Assembly (NCBI GenBank): GCA_963790205.1
Contig: CAWBNQ010000003.1
Location: 64,001 to 128,000, forward strand
DNA length: 64,000 bases
Source of the DNA: Nitrospirota bacterium
Lineage (GTDB): Bacteria; Nitrospirota; UBA9217
Reading direction: 5' to 3'
The notes beneath the pieces were generated by a model. It was given only the letters and a program-made list of their open reading frames with translations. It did no database searches and was not told the DNA's origin. A program made the position numbers and the translations under genes. Each line of letters begins with the position of its first letter. Within the stretch, counting starts at the first letter, position 1. Shown piece by piece: positions 1-8,945 of the stretch.

Positions 1-795
1 TCGGAGTTCCCCCGATACAAGCATTCGAGGGCAGGCTCCGTTCGGAGTTCAAGGAAAACCAAGGGCAGGAGACAGGGGTCAAAAGGCAGGATAATTTTTT
101 TCCCGGGATGCGCTGTCGAGAACTTCCAGCCGGACCTTGGAAGGGCGGTGGTAGCGGTCCTGGACCGGCTCGGGTACGAGGTGATCGTGCCAGAGGGCCT
201 GAAGTGCTGCGGCAGACCGCTGCTTTCCCTCGGCGACCGAAAAGGGGCCGAAGAGCTTGCGGCGCACAACAGCGCGCTCCTGGCCGGGTTTGAAGCGGAC
301 GCACTGGTCACGGCATGCGCTTCATGCGGCTTGACTTTTAAAAGGGAATATCCTAAACTGCACCCTTCCGGAGTGAAGCGACCGGCCATGCTCGACATCC
401 ATGAATTCCTCGTTGACAAGCTCGACGATATTCAGTTTACGCCGCTCAATAAAAGCATTACCGTGCACGACCCCTGTCACCTCGGACGGGGACAGGGATT
501 ATCGAACACGGTGAGGGACCTGCTGGGCAGGGTCCCCGGGATCACGCTCCTGGAGATGCAGAATGCCGACCGCTGCTGCGGGTTCGGCGGGGTGATGCGT
601 CTGACCCATCGGAGGCTTTCCGACGGGATCGCGGAGGAAAAGGCCAAAAACATCATTGCCACGAGCGCGCCTGTAGTCGCGACCGGGTGCCCCGGCTGCC
701 GCATGCAGATAGCCGATGCGCTCCAACGGGCGGGATCGGACGTTAGCGTGCTGCATCCGGTGCAGATTCTGGAACTCGCAATGAGTGACGAGTGA
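1..795 (+). CDS. CCG-domain Fe-S oxidoreductase (GlcF/HdrB-like), 5' end outside window
   Basis: Frame is open from base 1. Two cysteine-rich domains: FFPGC...CCG...TACASC and HDPCH...CCGFGG...TGCPGC. Confidence 0.85.
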   Translation, partial: SEFPRYKHSRAGSVRSSRKTKGRRQGSKGRIIFFPGCAVENFQPDLGRAVVAVLDRLGYEVIVPEGLKCCGRPLLSLGDRKGAEELAAHNSALLAGFEADALVTACASCGLTFKREYPKLHPSGVKRPAMLDIHEFLVDKLDDIQFTPLNKSITVHDPCHLGRGQGLSNTVRDLLGRVPGITLLEMQNADRCCGFGGVMRLTHRRLSDGIAEEKAKNIIATSAPVVATGCPGCRMQIADALQRAGSDVSVLHPVQILELAMSDE

Positions 796-1059
796 AAAGT
801 AAGAAGTAAGAAGCATGACAGTTAGCATCTGCTTATGAAAACCAGAGACAGGTAAACCACAGAGGGCGCAGAGAAAACTGAGGATCAATCTCTGTGTTCT
901 CAAGTAGTTTTGAAAAAACTCAAGATGACTAACTGAAGAGCCTAGAGAGGACGCAGAGGGGAGGGAAGAAATACTCCCGAGCTTATTAAGATCAAATGCA
1001 TTTCTCTGAGTTCTCTGTGGTGGATTTTGACAATACTTTTAAGCTAAAAAGGAGAAAGC

Positions 1060-1707
1060 ATGAAATTTTTTATCGACACAGCGAACGTGAAAGAGATCCG
1101 CGAGGCGGCGAGCCTCGGGGTGGTTGACGGCGTGACCACTAACCCCTCGCTTATCGCCAAGGAGGGCAGGGACTTCAAGCAGGTGATCGCCGAGATCTGC
1201 TCCATCGTGGACGGGCCGATCAGCGCGGAGGCGGTGAGCCTCAAAGCCGATGAGATGGTTGCCGAGGGCGAGGCCCTGGCAAAGCTCCATAAGAATATTG
1301 TGGTGAAACTCCCGATGACCAGGGACGGCCTCAAGGCCACGAAGGTGCTCGCCGGGAAAGGCATCAAGGTGAACATGACCCTGGTGTTTTCGGCCTCGCA
1401 GGCCCTGCTCGCCGCCAAGGTGGGAGCCGCCTATGTGAGCCCCTTTGTGGGCAGGCTTGACGACATCAGCCACTACGGCATGGACCTTGTGAACCAGATC
1501 ATAACGATCTACGATAACTACGGCTATGACACCGAGGTGATCGTCGCCAGCGTGCGGAACCCGCTCCACGTGGTGGACGCGGCCCTTGCCGGCGCGCACA
1601 TCGCCACGATCCCCTTCAGCGTCATCGACCAGCTCGTACAGCACCCGCTCACGGACATCGGGATCGAGAAGTTTTTGGCGGACTGGAAGAAACTGGAAAA
1701 GAAATAA
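1060..1707 (+). CDS. tal: Transaldolase / fructose-6-phosphate aldolase family protein
   Basis: [39 protein letters not shown] motifs. SD AAGGAG upstream. Confidence 0.93.
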   Translation: MKFFIDTANVKEIREAASLGVVDGVTTNPSLIAKEGRDFKQVIAEICSIVDGPISAEAVSLKADEMVAEGEALAKLHKNIVVKLPMTRDGLKATKVLAGKGIKVNMTLVFSASQALLAAKVGAAYVSPFVGRLDDISHYGMDLVNQIITIYDNYGYDTEVIVASVRNPLHVVDAALAGAHIATIPFSVIDQLVQHPLTDIGIEKFLADWKKLEKK

Positions 1708-1822
1708 TCGCATTATGGAGCATAACGCAGGGTGAGGCCGGGGTTTAGGCTGGCATTACTCAACCTCAGCTTTACCCTTATGCCGGCGGGCTATTTGCGC
1801 TCGCCTGCGGAACTATTAATCC

Positions 1823-2047
1823 ATGCCTATCTACGAATATCACTGCAAAGCCTGCAACGCCGTGTTCGAGAAACTGGTCTTCGGATCGAACCCCGAGGTC
1901 GCCTGCGAGAAGTGCGGGTCGAAGAAAACCGAGAAGCTCATGTCGCGCTTCGGCATGGGCAAGTCTTCGAGCGCGCCTTCGTCGGGCTCCTCAAGCGGCT
2001 CAAGCTGCGGCGGCTGCGCGTCCTCGTCCTGCGCGGGATGCCATTAA
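1823..2047 (+). CDS. FmdB-family zinc-ribbon protein
   Basis: MPIYEYHCKAC...FE...CEKCGS with Cys/Ser-rich tail. Confidence 0.88.
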   Translation: MPIYEYHCKACNAVFEKLVFGSNPEVACEKCGSKKTEKLMSRFGMGKSSSAPSSGSSSGSSCGGCASSSCAGCH

Positions 2048-2076
2048 CAGGTTGTTGCAGAACACCGATTACGTCA

Positions 2077-2119
2077 TTTTGAGGAGCGCTTTCCGCATTG
2101 TGTAAAGCGCTCCTCAAAA
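2077..2119. terminator. Perfect 16-bp hairpin, probable bidirectional terminator
   Basis: TTTTGAGGAGCGCTTT / AAAGCGCTCCTCAAAA with an 11-nt loop. Confidence 0.6.
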
Positions 2120-2219
2120 AGCATCCCTCAAAAATACCCCATCAATTTTCTTGACAAGCGGACATACTTTCCTGAATAATCATCGTAACCATCAACGAGA
2201 ATAATTTCTCCCTACGACG

Positions 2220-2544
2220 TCGGGGCAGCGAGGAACTAAAAGCCTCGTAACAAAGTACGGCGGTGCTCTGCTATATGTTCGTTTCCGAATATGATGCGAA
2301 GTCGCGTCAACGGTTGAAGACGGTCGAACTGATCGTCGAAAGGACGGAATGGACTCCACCTTCGCCACGCTATGCTCCGGACACTTTTGTTCCTCCGCAC
2401 GTTAAAGCTACCAGCATGCCTTCGCGGGTGCAAGCCAAAGCGGCAGGGGGGAGATGGAATCCTGAGAAGCAGCTCTGGTTCGTGAAGTATGGTAAAATCG
2501 CGGGAACACCTTTGGGAAAGCATATTGGTAGAGCAAGCGTCTAA
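2220..2544 (+). pseudogene. 5'-truncated, frameshifted conserved hypothetical gene (GQRGTK...VRFRYD...LKTVELIVE type)
   Basis: Frame from 2220 reads SGQRGTKSLVTKYGGALLYVRFR. An extra A at 2288/2289 shifts it to YDAKSRQRLKTVELIVE...AGGRWNPEKQLW. No start codon seen for the first part. Confidence 0.65.
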
Positions 2545-2575
2545 CTGCTCAATAATCTGGTTGTAGAATGAACAT

Positions 2576-3016
2576 ATGCCCATCATCATTGCCATGGTTC
2601 TCGGATTAGCTGTTCTTCTCATCTATGCATTTACCAACATTGACAAGCTTGTGCAGATTGAATATAAGAAGTTCAAGGAGGAATGGACCAAGGACGGTAA
2701 ACCACGAGGTTTTTTCTGGCGATCACCGGAGTGCTCCTGGTTTGCCAGTTCGATAGCTATGCAGAAATTATCATTCACATGGATTTTCAAAACACCCCAA
2801 TGGATGCGAACCGACTTTGAAGCAAATAACCATTTAAGAAGACTTCGACTATTTGTTTTGCTGTTTAATAACGGTATAGTTGTTTGGTTTATGATCGCTA
2901 TGATAATAATAAAAAATCCAACTTTGCCTGGCCACAGACATCAGAAAATAAATCCGCAGCAGATATCGTTTGGCATGAGACTGACCAAGATAAAGCAGAA
3001 CGAGCCATTTTTTTGA
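2576..3016 (+). CDS. Hypothetical two-TM membrane protein, cassette-like, C-terminus possibly extended by decay
   Basis: AT-rich ORF with hydrophobic N-terminal and near-C-terminal segments. Confidence 0.55.
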   Translation: MPIIIAMVLGLAVLLIYAFTNIDKLVQIEYKKFKEEWTKDGKPRGFFWRSPECSWFASSIAMQKLSFTWIFKTPQWMRTDFEANNHLRRLRLFVLLFNNGIVVWFMIAMIIIKNPTLPGHRHQKINPQQISFGMRLTKIKQNEPFF

Positions 3017-3406
3017 AACAACTGTTGACGGGAATATGATCACAAGCGTTCGTTTCCCGGTAAGCCAAGGGGTTCGATCAGATATAAAACCAGAAAAAAG
3101 CAAAAGATATTTGCATATTCGCTTACTCTCAATAAGAAAGATGGTCGCAGCTTTAGAGGCGTCTCCAGTGGCGATATCCAAGGCAATATTTGGATGGTCG
3201 GACTGGAACCGAATGGTGTTATCTTCGGGATCTCTTGGGCCACGGGTAATAAAATCCTACTGAACACGCTGCATATTGCCACTATTGATAAGACGGAAAC
3301 TTCAGAAATCGCTCCAGGGGGGTTTTTAAAAACGTATTGGACCTCAAAGAAATGATACAACGCGGCTTACCCGCGTTAGCCGGACCAACAACACAGGAGG
3401 TGACAG

Positions 3407-3853
3407 ATGCTGAAAGACTTCAAAGAGTTTGCGATGCGTGGCAACGTTGTCGACATGGCAGTCGGAATCATCATTGGAGGAGCCTTCGGTACTATCGTCA
3501 AGAGTCTAGTCGACGACGTTCTCATGCCGCCCATCGGGCTTCTTCTGGGCGGTGTCGATTTCTCGAATTTGTTCTTGGTCCTGAAGGAGGGAGCAAGGCC
3601 TGGCCCCTACGCGGCGTTGGCCGATGCCAAGGCTGCGGGAGCGGTAAGCATCAACTTCGGTGTGTTCCTGAATGTTGTCATCAGTTTTCTGATTGTGGCC
3701 TTCGCGGTCTTTCTCCTGATCCGAGGCATCAGTGCTTTGCGTCGACAGGAAGAGGCCGCTACTCCGCCCAGTACCAAGGAATGTCAGTTTTGCGCGTCAT
3801 CCATCCCCATAAGGGCGAGCCGATGCCCCCATTGCACCTCTCAAGTTGGATAA
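3407..3853 (+). CDS. mscL: Large-conductance mechanosensitive channel with C-terminal zinc ribbon
   Basis: [29 protein letters not shown]-terminal CQFC...CPHC; SD AGGAGG at 3395. Confidence 0.95.
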   Translation: MLKDFKEFAMRGNVVDMAVGIIIGGAFGTIVKSLVDDVLMPPIGLLLGGVDFSNLFLVLKEGARPGPYAALADAKAAGAVSINFGVFLNVVISFLIVAFAVFLLIRGISALRRQEEAATPPSTKECQFCASSIPIRASRCPHCTSQVG

Positions 3854-3864
3854 GTGGAAGCGCG

Positions 3865-3926
3865 GCCTAACAACGGCATTCAGCTGACGGCGCTTCGCGC
3901 CGCGGCTGATGCCGGAGGAGTTGGCA
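3865..3926 (+). mobile_element. Integron attC-type recombination site
   Basis: R'' GCCTAAC (3865) and R' GTTGGCA (3920), 62 bp overall. Arms CGGCAT-t-CAGCTG-a-CGGCGC / GCGCCG-CGGCTG-ATGCCG with two extra left-arm bases. Lies 11 nt after the mscL stop. Confidence 0.75.
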
Positions 3927-4005
3927 CCGGATAAATTCTCCTTTGCCAGCCACAAGTCCGAGGCGGTCAGGCCGTTCAACGACTGAAAGGAAAAATGGAG
4001 GAAAC

Positions 4006-4506
4006 ACGAAAAAGAATCTCTTGATCTGTATCATTGTTGTGCTGTTCCTTGGCATCGGTTGCGCCAATACGTATCTCAAACCGACATCTGCCTGTCAACC
4101 GCTATCAGCTTTTGACACTCTCGTGGTCGCCCCGCTCAGCGGCGCCGCGGTTTTTATCGAAGAAGAGCGATACGGGAGCATTCCTCATGACATTGTCGTT
4201 GAGACCACCGAGGATTTAAAAGACGAGGTAGCAGAAAATAGCCGCTTGTTCAGTAAAGTAATTCAATCTCCAGATTGCCCAAAGCATGCCATAAAAATTG
4301 ACGGCAAAATTTACCGTTTAATCCACCACAGAGGTTTTCATCCCCGCGTTCGAGGGTAAAGCATTGATTGCCAAACCGGCAAAAGCCTGTATAAATTCAG
4401 CAACGATGACGAACAAGATGATGACAGCTATAAATTGCCCGGACAAATTGCAGCGAAGCCTACCGACGGCATCAAAGCAAACATGACCTGTGTGAAACTC
4501 AAATAA
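4006..4506 (+). pseudogene. Degraded lipoprotein gene (ACG in place of start, internal TAA)
   Basis: SD GGAGG (3997) then ACG-KKNLLICIIVVLFLGIG-C lipobox. In-frame TAA at 4357 is followed by 48 more sense codons (SIDCQTGKSLYKF...) to TAA 4504. Confidence 0.6.
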
Positions 4507-4926
4507 CAAAAGAACGACCAAGGAGATGAACACCCACGGTTGCTGCGAACGCGATGCGGATTTTACACGAAGCCCTGGAAGCGCATGGCGGGATGGATTA
4601 CGGAACAGCATCGGGGCGCTCGAGATGGAACTTTCGGCCCGCAGATTCCTGTTCACGGCAAAGAGGCGGCTCGTTTTGCGCCGCGTCCGCATGCGGGCCT
4701 ATACCAGCGAGCCGAGGTTTGCGTCTTTGATTTCCCGAAGCCCGGCCAGACTGCCGAACTCATCGGGAACGAAGAGGTCCGCAAAGACGGCAAAAAGACT
4801 TTTTTAACGGCCTTTAATGCCTCGAAGATTGTTGAAGAAGCGCGATACCATGAAGCAAACCAATCACCCCCTGGTCATGTCGCAGACCACTCCTTCGACA
4901 CGCACTTCGATCACCCGCAGTCTTCA

Positions 4927-5958
4927 TTAAAAATCATTGATCGCGTCGATCAGGCCCCTGAGCCTGCCGAAATCGTGTCGGTTAAAGTCCATAACGAGCC
5001 TCGGCAGGTCGATGACATCGGCATCCTCCTGTTCAGCCGGGAGCGCCCCGGACGGCGCAATGTCGCCCTGGGGCAGCAGGATGTCCTGAAACGTTTCCTT
5101 CAGGACCCGAATGTTGTTCGTACTGAGCGGTGAAGTGAGCCTGAAGACGAGCTGTCCGTTCACATAGCGCATGCTGTGATACCGGCTGTAGAAGCGGTTG
5201 ATCTTCGCGACCGCCGCTTCCGCCGATTCGACGCGCTCGAAAAGAGCAAGGTCCGAGGGGCTTATCAGGTTCCGGGACAGCAGCTCGTTTTCCATGAACT
5301 CGATGAATTCCGTCCAGTACGAGCGGTCCGGGTCATCGATGAGCACCAGGGGCAGTGGATTGCGTTTGCCGGTCTGGACGAGGGTGAGCGTTTCCATGGC
5401 CTCATCGAGGGTGCCGAAGCCGCCGGGAAAGAGCGCGACCGCGTCCGCCTCCTTGAGAAAGGCCACTTTTCGGTTGAAGAAATATTTGTACGTGATGAGG
5501 CGCGGGTTCCCTTCAAGCACGGGGTTGGGGTGCTGTTCGAAGGGGAGGCGGATGTTTACGCCGAAGGAATGCTCGGGCCCGGCCCCTTCGTTCGCGGCCT
5601 GCATAATGCCGCCCCCGCCGCCGGTGATGACCATGTAGCCCGCCTGGGCGAGCTTCTGCCCGAAGAGCTTTGCCATCTCATAGCTCGGCTCGCGGGGCTG
5701 GGTCCGGGCCGACCCGAAAACCGTGACCTTCCGCTTGTTGCGGTAGGGGCCGAAGACCTTGGAGGTGAAGCGCATTTCCTTGAGCGTCGTGTTCATGAGC
5801 TTGAGGTCCGCGCTGTCGTCGTCCTCCTGGCCGGCCTTGAGGGCGGCCAGGATCATCTCGCGCACGTATTCCGGCCTGCGGATGCCGTCCGACAGCTCGA
5901 TCAGTTTGTCGATGGCCTCGTCTACGCGGCCGTTCGTCCTGGTGAAGTGAAGTTGCAT
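4927..5958 (-). CDS. LOG-family nucleotide phosphoribohydrolase (TIGR00730-like)
   Basis: VTVFGSAR, ITGGGGGIM, YFFNRK, PGGFGTLDE motifs. Confidence 0.92.
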   Translation of the reverse strand: MQLHFTRTNGRVDEAIDKLIELSDGIRRPEYVREMILAALKAGQEDDDSADLKLMNTTLKEMRFTSKVFGPYRNKRKVTVFGSARTQPREPSYEMAKLFGQKLAQAGYMVITGGGGGIMQAANEGAGPEHSFGVNIRLPFEQHPNPVLEGNPRLITYKYFFNRKVAFLKEADAVALFPGGFGTLDEAMETLTLVQTGKRNPLPLVLIDDPDRSYWTEFIEFMENELLSRNLISPSDLALFERVESAEAAVAKINRFYSRYHSMRYVNGQLVFRLTSPLSTNNIRVLKETFQDILLPQGDIAPSGALPAEQEDADVIDLPRLVMDFNRHDFGRLRGLIDAINDF

Positions 5959-6236
5959 GGATTTTGCTTGCTCCTGTCGCGCTGATTTTGACGCATGGAT
6001 ACGTATAATAAGGCATTTGCTGATTTTTGTCGAGGGAAAGAAATTCAGGGCTCTTCTCCTCCTTTTGCTTTTTCAGAGACCCCCGCATCCCGTGAGCGGC
6101 GGTGCAGAACAAAAAAGGTTTTCTTCGTATCTTGGCGCCTTCGTGGCTGGACGCGGGGTTGGGAAAGGTTGCATTTGCTCCCCCTCTCTGCTACCATTGA
6201 GCATATGTACGTATAAATCGAAAGGGAGGTACGGGT

Positions 6237-6800
6237 ATGAGAAAAAGCTTGATCAGTATATTTTTCGGCATTATCTTTGTCGCGACTGCGGTCTTGAACG
6301 CGCAGGCGCAACAGATGTGCGGTTGCATGGGCGAAAAGGGCGGGGGCATGCAAGAGGGCATGGGCATGATGCACGGCATGGGCGGCATGCCGGGCGGCGG
6401 AATGATGATGGATGGTGGCCACCCCCTGTGGAAGCATCTCATGAGCCTCGGCCTCGATGATAAGCAGCTGGATGCGCTCAAGGCGCTTCGCAGCAAGACG
6501 ATGAAGGACATGATAAAAAAGAGGGCGGACAAGCAGATCGCCGGCATCGAGCTGAAAGACCTTCTCGACAAGGACCCGGTGGACATGAAGGCCGTTGAGG
6601 CATCGGTGAAAAAGAACGAGTCGCTCAAAACGGAGATGTTCCTTGCTCATATCAGGGCGCGCGAAGAGATGAAGGCCCTGCTGACGCCCGATCAGAGGAA
6701 ACGGCTGAAGGAGATGATGGAAGCGGGCTGCGGCGCGGGCTGCGGCATGATGGGCGATGCGGAACACAAGGACATGCCGATGCACCAGCACATGCCCTAA
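6237..6800 (+). CDS. Spy/CpxP-family periplasmic protein, Met/Gly-rich
   Basis: Signal peptide (AQA), LGLDDKQ and LTPDQR (LTxxQ) motifs, SD GGAGG. Confidence 0.85.
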   Translation: MRKSLISIFFGIIFVATAVLNAQAQQMCGCMGEKGGGMQEGMGMMHGMGGMPGGGMMMDGGHPLWKHLMSLGLDDKQLDALKALRSKTMKDMIKKRADKQIAGIELKDLLDKDPVDMKAVEASVKKNESLKTEMFLAHIRAREEMKALLTPDQRKRLKEMMEAGCGAGCGMMGDAEHKDMPMHQHMP

Positions 6801-6854
6801 AGAAACCAGGGATGCCCGCGCGACGGGAACGATATCCCCGGAGAGAGTGACATT

Positions 6855-6886
6855 ACCCCGCCCGCTGCCGGGAGGCGGGGTTTTTT
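6855..6886 (+). terminator. Rho-independent terminator
   Basis: ACCCCGCC/GGCGGGGT stem followed by T-tract. Confidence 0.7.
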
Positions 6887-6990
6887 AATGGTTTTTTTCG
6901 GGGTCCGGGTCTATCCCGGCCCCGGTCTTTCTCCTCTGCCATGGTATCCCCGGAATCTCCTGAAAGGAACCGTCATGATCTCTTCCGCAA

Positions 6991-7770
6991 ATGAGCGATA
7001 TGAGATATAGCCGTATTGTTCATATGATAAAATCTATATGGTCAGTGAACACCGGATCAGGACAAAAGATGTTGTTCATCGGTGTTGTTGTCATTGCCTT
7101 GTGGCTTGTCGCCGCCTTCGTCCCTGCTGGCCTGCTGCAAGCGGGTGCGCCGGACGGCTTGTTGCCCGTCCGAAAACCTGTTGCGCCCGCGTTGCCCGGA
7201 CCGGACCCCTTCACTGTTTCTTTGCCGGACAAGGGGAGTTTTCTCGTTGCCAGCCGCAGGCTCGTTGATCCCCGCTTCCAAGAGACCGTCGTCCTGCTCA
7301 TCAGCTATGGCGCTGACGGTGCGACCGGCGTCATCATCAACCAACCCACCGAGGTGCGTCTTGTTGATCTACTCCCGTCCGTGCAGGGCCTGAAGGGCCG
7401 CGCCGACGTCGTGTACTACGGCGGGCCCGTCGAGGGCAACCGGATACTGATGCTCATCCGGTCCGGAGAAAAACCGGAAGACTCACGCCGCGTGTTCGGA
7501 GACGTATACTTCAGTTCGAGCAAGAACACGCTGGAGAGCCTGCTCAATGCGCACAAGACGGCAAAGCAGCTGCGGTTGTATGCCGGGTATGCGGGGTGGA
7601 TGCCGCAGCAACTTGACGGAGAGGTGTCGCGCGGCGACTGGCTCATCGTTCACGCCGATGCGCGCTCGATCTTTGAAAAGAAGCCGTCCGAAATATGGCC
7701 CGAGCTCATTCGCCGGGGCGCAGAAATCCAGGTACGGGACGACAACAAACCGGATTTCGCGAAACGCTGA
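6991..7770 (+). CDS. YqgE/AlgH (DUF179) family protein with hydrophobic N-terminal extension; start uncertain
   Basis: LVA...DPRFQETVVLL...GVIINQP, YYGGPV, LYAGYAGW...QLDGEV..GDW. Confidence 0.88.
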   Translation: MSDMRYSRIVHMIKSIWSVNTGSGQKMLFIGVVVIALWLVAAFVPAGLLQAGAPDGLLPVRKPVAPALPGPDPFTVSLPDKGSFLVASRRLVDPRFQETVVLLISYGADGATGVIINQPTEVRLVDLLPSVQGLKGRADVVYYGGPVEGNRILMLIRSGEKPEDSRRVFGDVYFSSSKNTLESLLNAHKTAKQLRLYAGYAGWMPQQLDGEVSRGDWLIVHADARSIFEKKPSEIWPELIRRGAEIQVRDDNKPDFAKR

Positions 7771-7859
7771 CCATCATTTGCATCGGCTTTCCCCTTGGAG
7801 AAAGGCTTATGATTTCCACCGTTACAAAAGAATTGAAAATGAAGGTCTTTTAATCCCTG

Positions 7860-8387
7860 ATGAATGGAAAACCCTCCAATATCGTTCTTATCGGCATGCC
7901 CGGCTCGGGAAAGAGCACCGTGGGCGTCATCCTGGCCAAGCTGAGCGGACGGGACTTCGTCGATACGGACGTCCTCCTCCAGAAAGAACAGGGCCGCTCC
8001 CTGCAGGACATCGTCGATCGGGACGGGTACCTTAAGCTGCGCGAGATCGAGGAAAAGACCATCTTAAAGCTCGAACGCCGCCGCCACGTTATCGCCACCG
8101 GCGGCAGCGCCGTGTACAGCCATGCGGCCATGATGCACTTAAAGTCCAGCGGCATCGTTGTTCTTCTCGAGGTGGACCTGCAGACCCTGGAAAAGAGAGT
8201 TCATGATTATGAGACCCGAGGTCTTGCAAAACATCCGGACCAGAGTTTCGCTGATCTGTTTACGGAACGCCGCGTGCTGTACAGGAAGTATGCTGACATG
8301 ACCATTGCCGCCGGGAGCCTTACCCACGAAGAAATCTGCGCGAGGATCATCGAGGAGCTGAACGCAGGAAGACCGGTTGGGAAGTAG
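7860..8387 (+). CDS. aroK: Shikimate kinase
   Basis: IVLIGMPGSGKSTVG, FVDTD, VIATGGS. Confidence 0.9.
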   Translation: MNGKPSNIVLIGMPGSGKSTVGVILAKLSGRDFVDTDVLLQKEQGRSLQDIVDRDGYLKLREIEEKTILKLERRRHVIATGGSAVYSHAAMMHLKSSGIVVLLEVDLQTLEKRVHDYETRGLAKHPDQSFADLFTERRVLYRKYADMTIAAGSLTHEEICARIIEELNAGRPVGK

Positions 8388-8445
8388 CAGGAATCCCGCC
8401 CCTGCAGCCCAGGCTTCAGCCTGCGCCGAGTGCGTTATTTATGCT

Positions 8446-8820
8446 ATGGGGAAACTCAGGAAGGAAATGCTCTCCTCTTGTGGTTTAGTCTGCCATACCT
8501 GCCCCATCTACCTGGCAACAAGGGAAAAGGACAAGGAAGAGCAGTTGCGAATGAGGGCCGACATCGCCCGGTTGTGCAATGAGCGGTATGGCATGAAGTA
8601 TGAGGCGAAAAATATCACTGACTGCGACGGTTGCCGGGCAGAAGGGAAAAGGCTCTTCATCGGATCTCAAAGCTGCGCTATTAGGAAGTGTGTGAGACAG
8701 AAGGGGCTTGTAACGTGCGCACAATGTGCTGATTACGTTTGCGAAAAGCTTGCGGCCTTTTATGCCACAGACCCGGAAGCAAAGGCCCGCCTAAATGAGA
8801 GGAGAGGCAGGTCTTCTTAG
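8446..8820 (+). CDS. DUF3795-like Cys-rich protein
   Basis: CGLVCHTCPIY, CDGC, CAIRKC, CAQCADYVC; start uncertain (8446 or 8467). Confidence 0.8.
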   Translation: MGKLRKEMLSSCGLVCHTCPIYLATREKDKEEQLRMRADIARLCNERYGMKYEAKNITDCDGCRAEGKRLFIGSQSCAIRKCVRQKGLVTCAQCADYVCEKLAAFYATDPEAKARLNERRGRSS

Positions 8821-8945
8821 CGTCCACGTTCGAATCGCTCAGGTACCGACCACGTCAAGAAAAACCTGCCGCCGCGAAACTGATCGCCTGAGAATTCATC
8901 ACTGATTGCCCTTGCCATAGCTTCCCGCATCCGGCATAATGTCTC

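Noticed and set aside
3017..3360. Short AT-rich ORFs on both strands
   Set aside because: Fragmented, with no motif; at most decayed cargo.
4526..4920. ORFs between the lipoprotein pseudogene and the LOG gene
   Set aside because: No recognisable family; possibly a gene remnant but unsupported.
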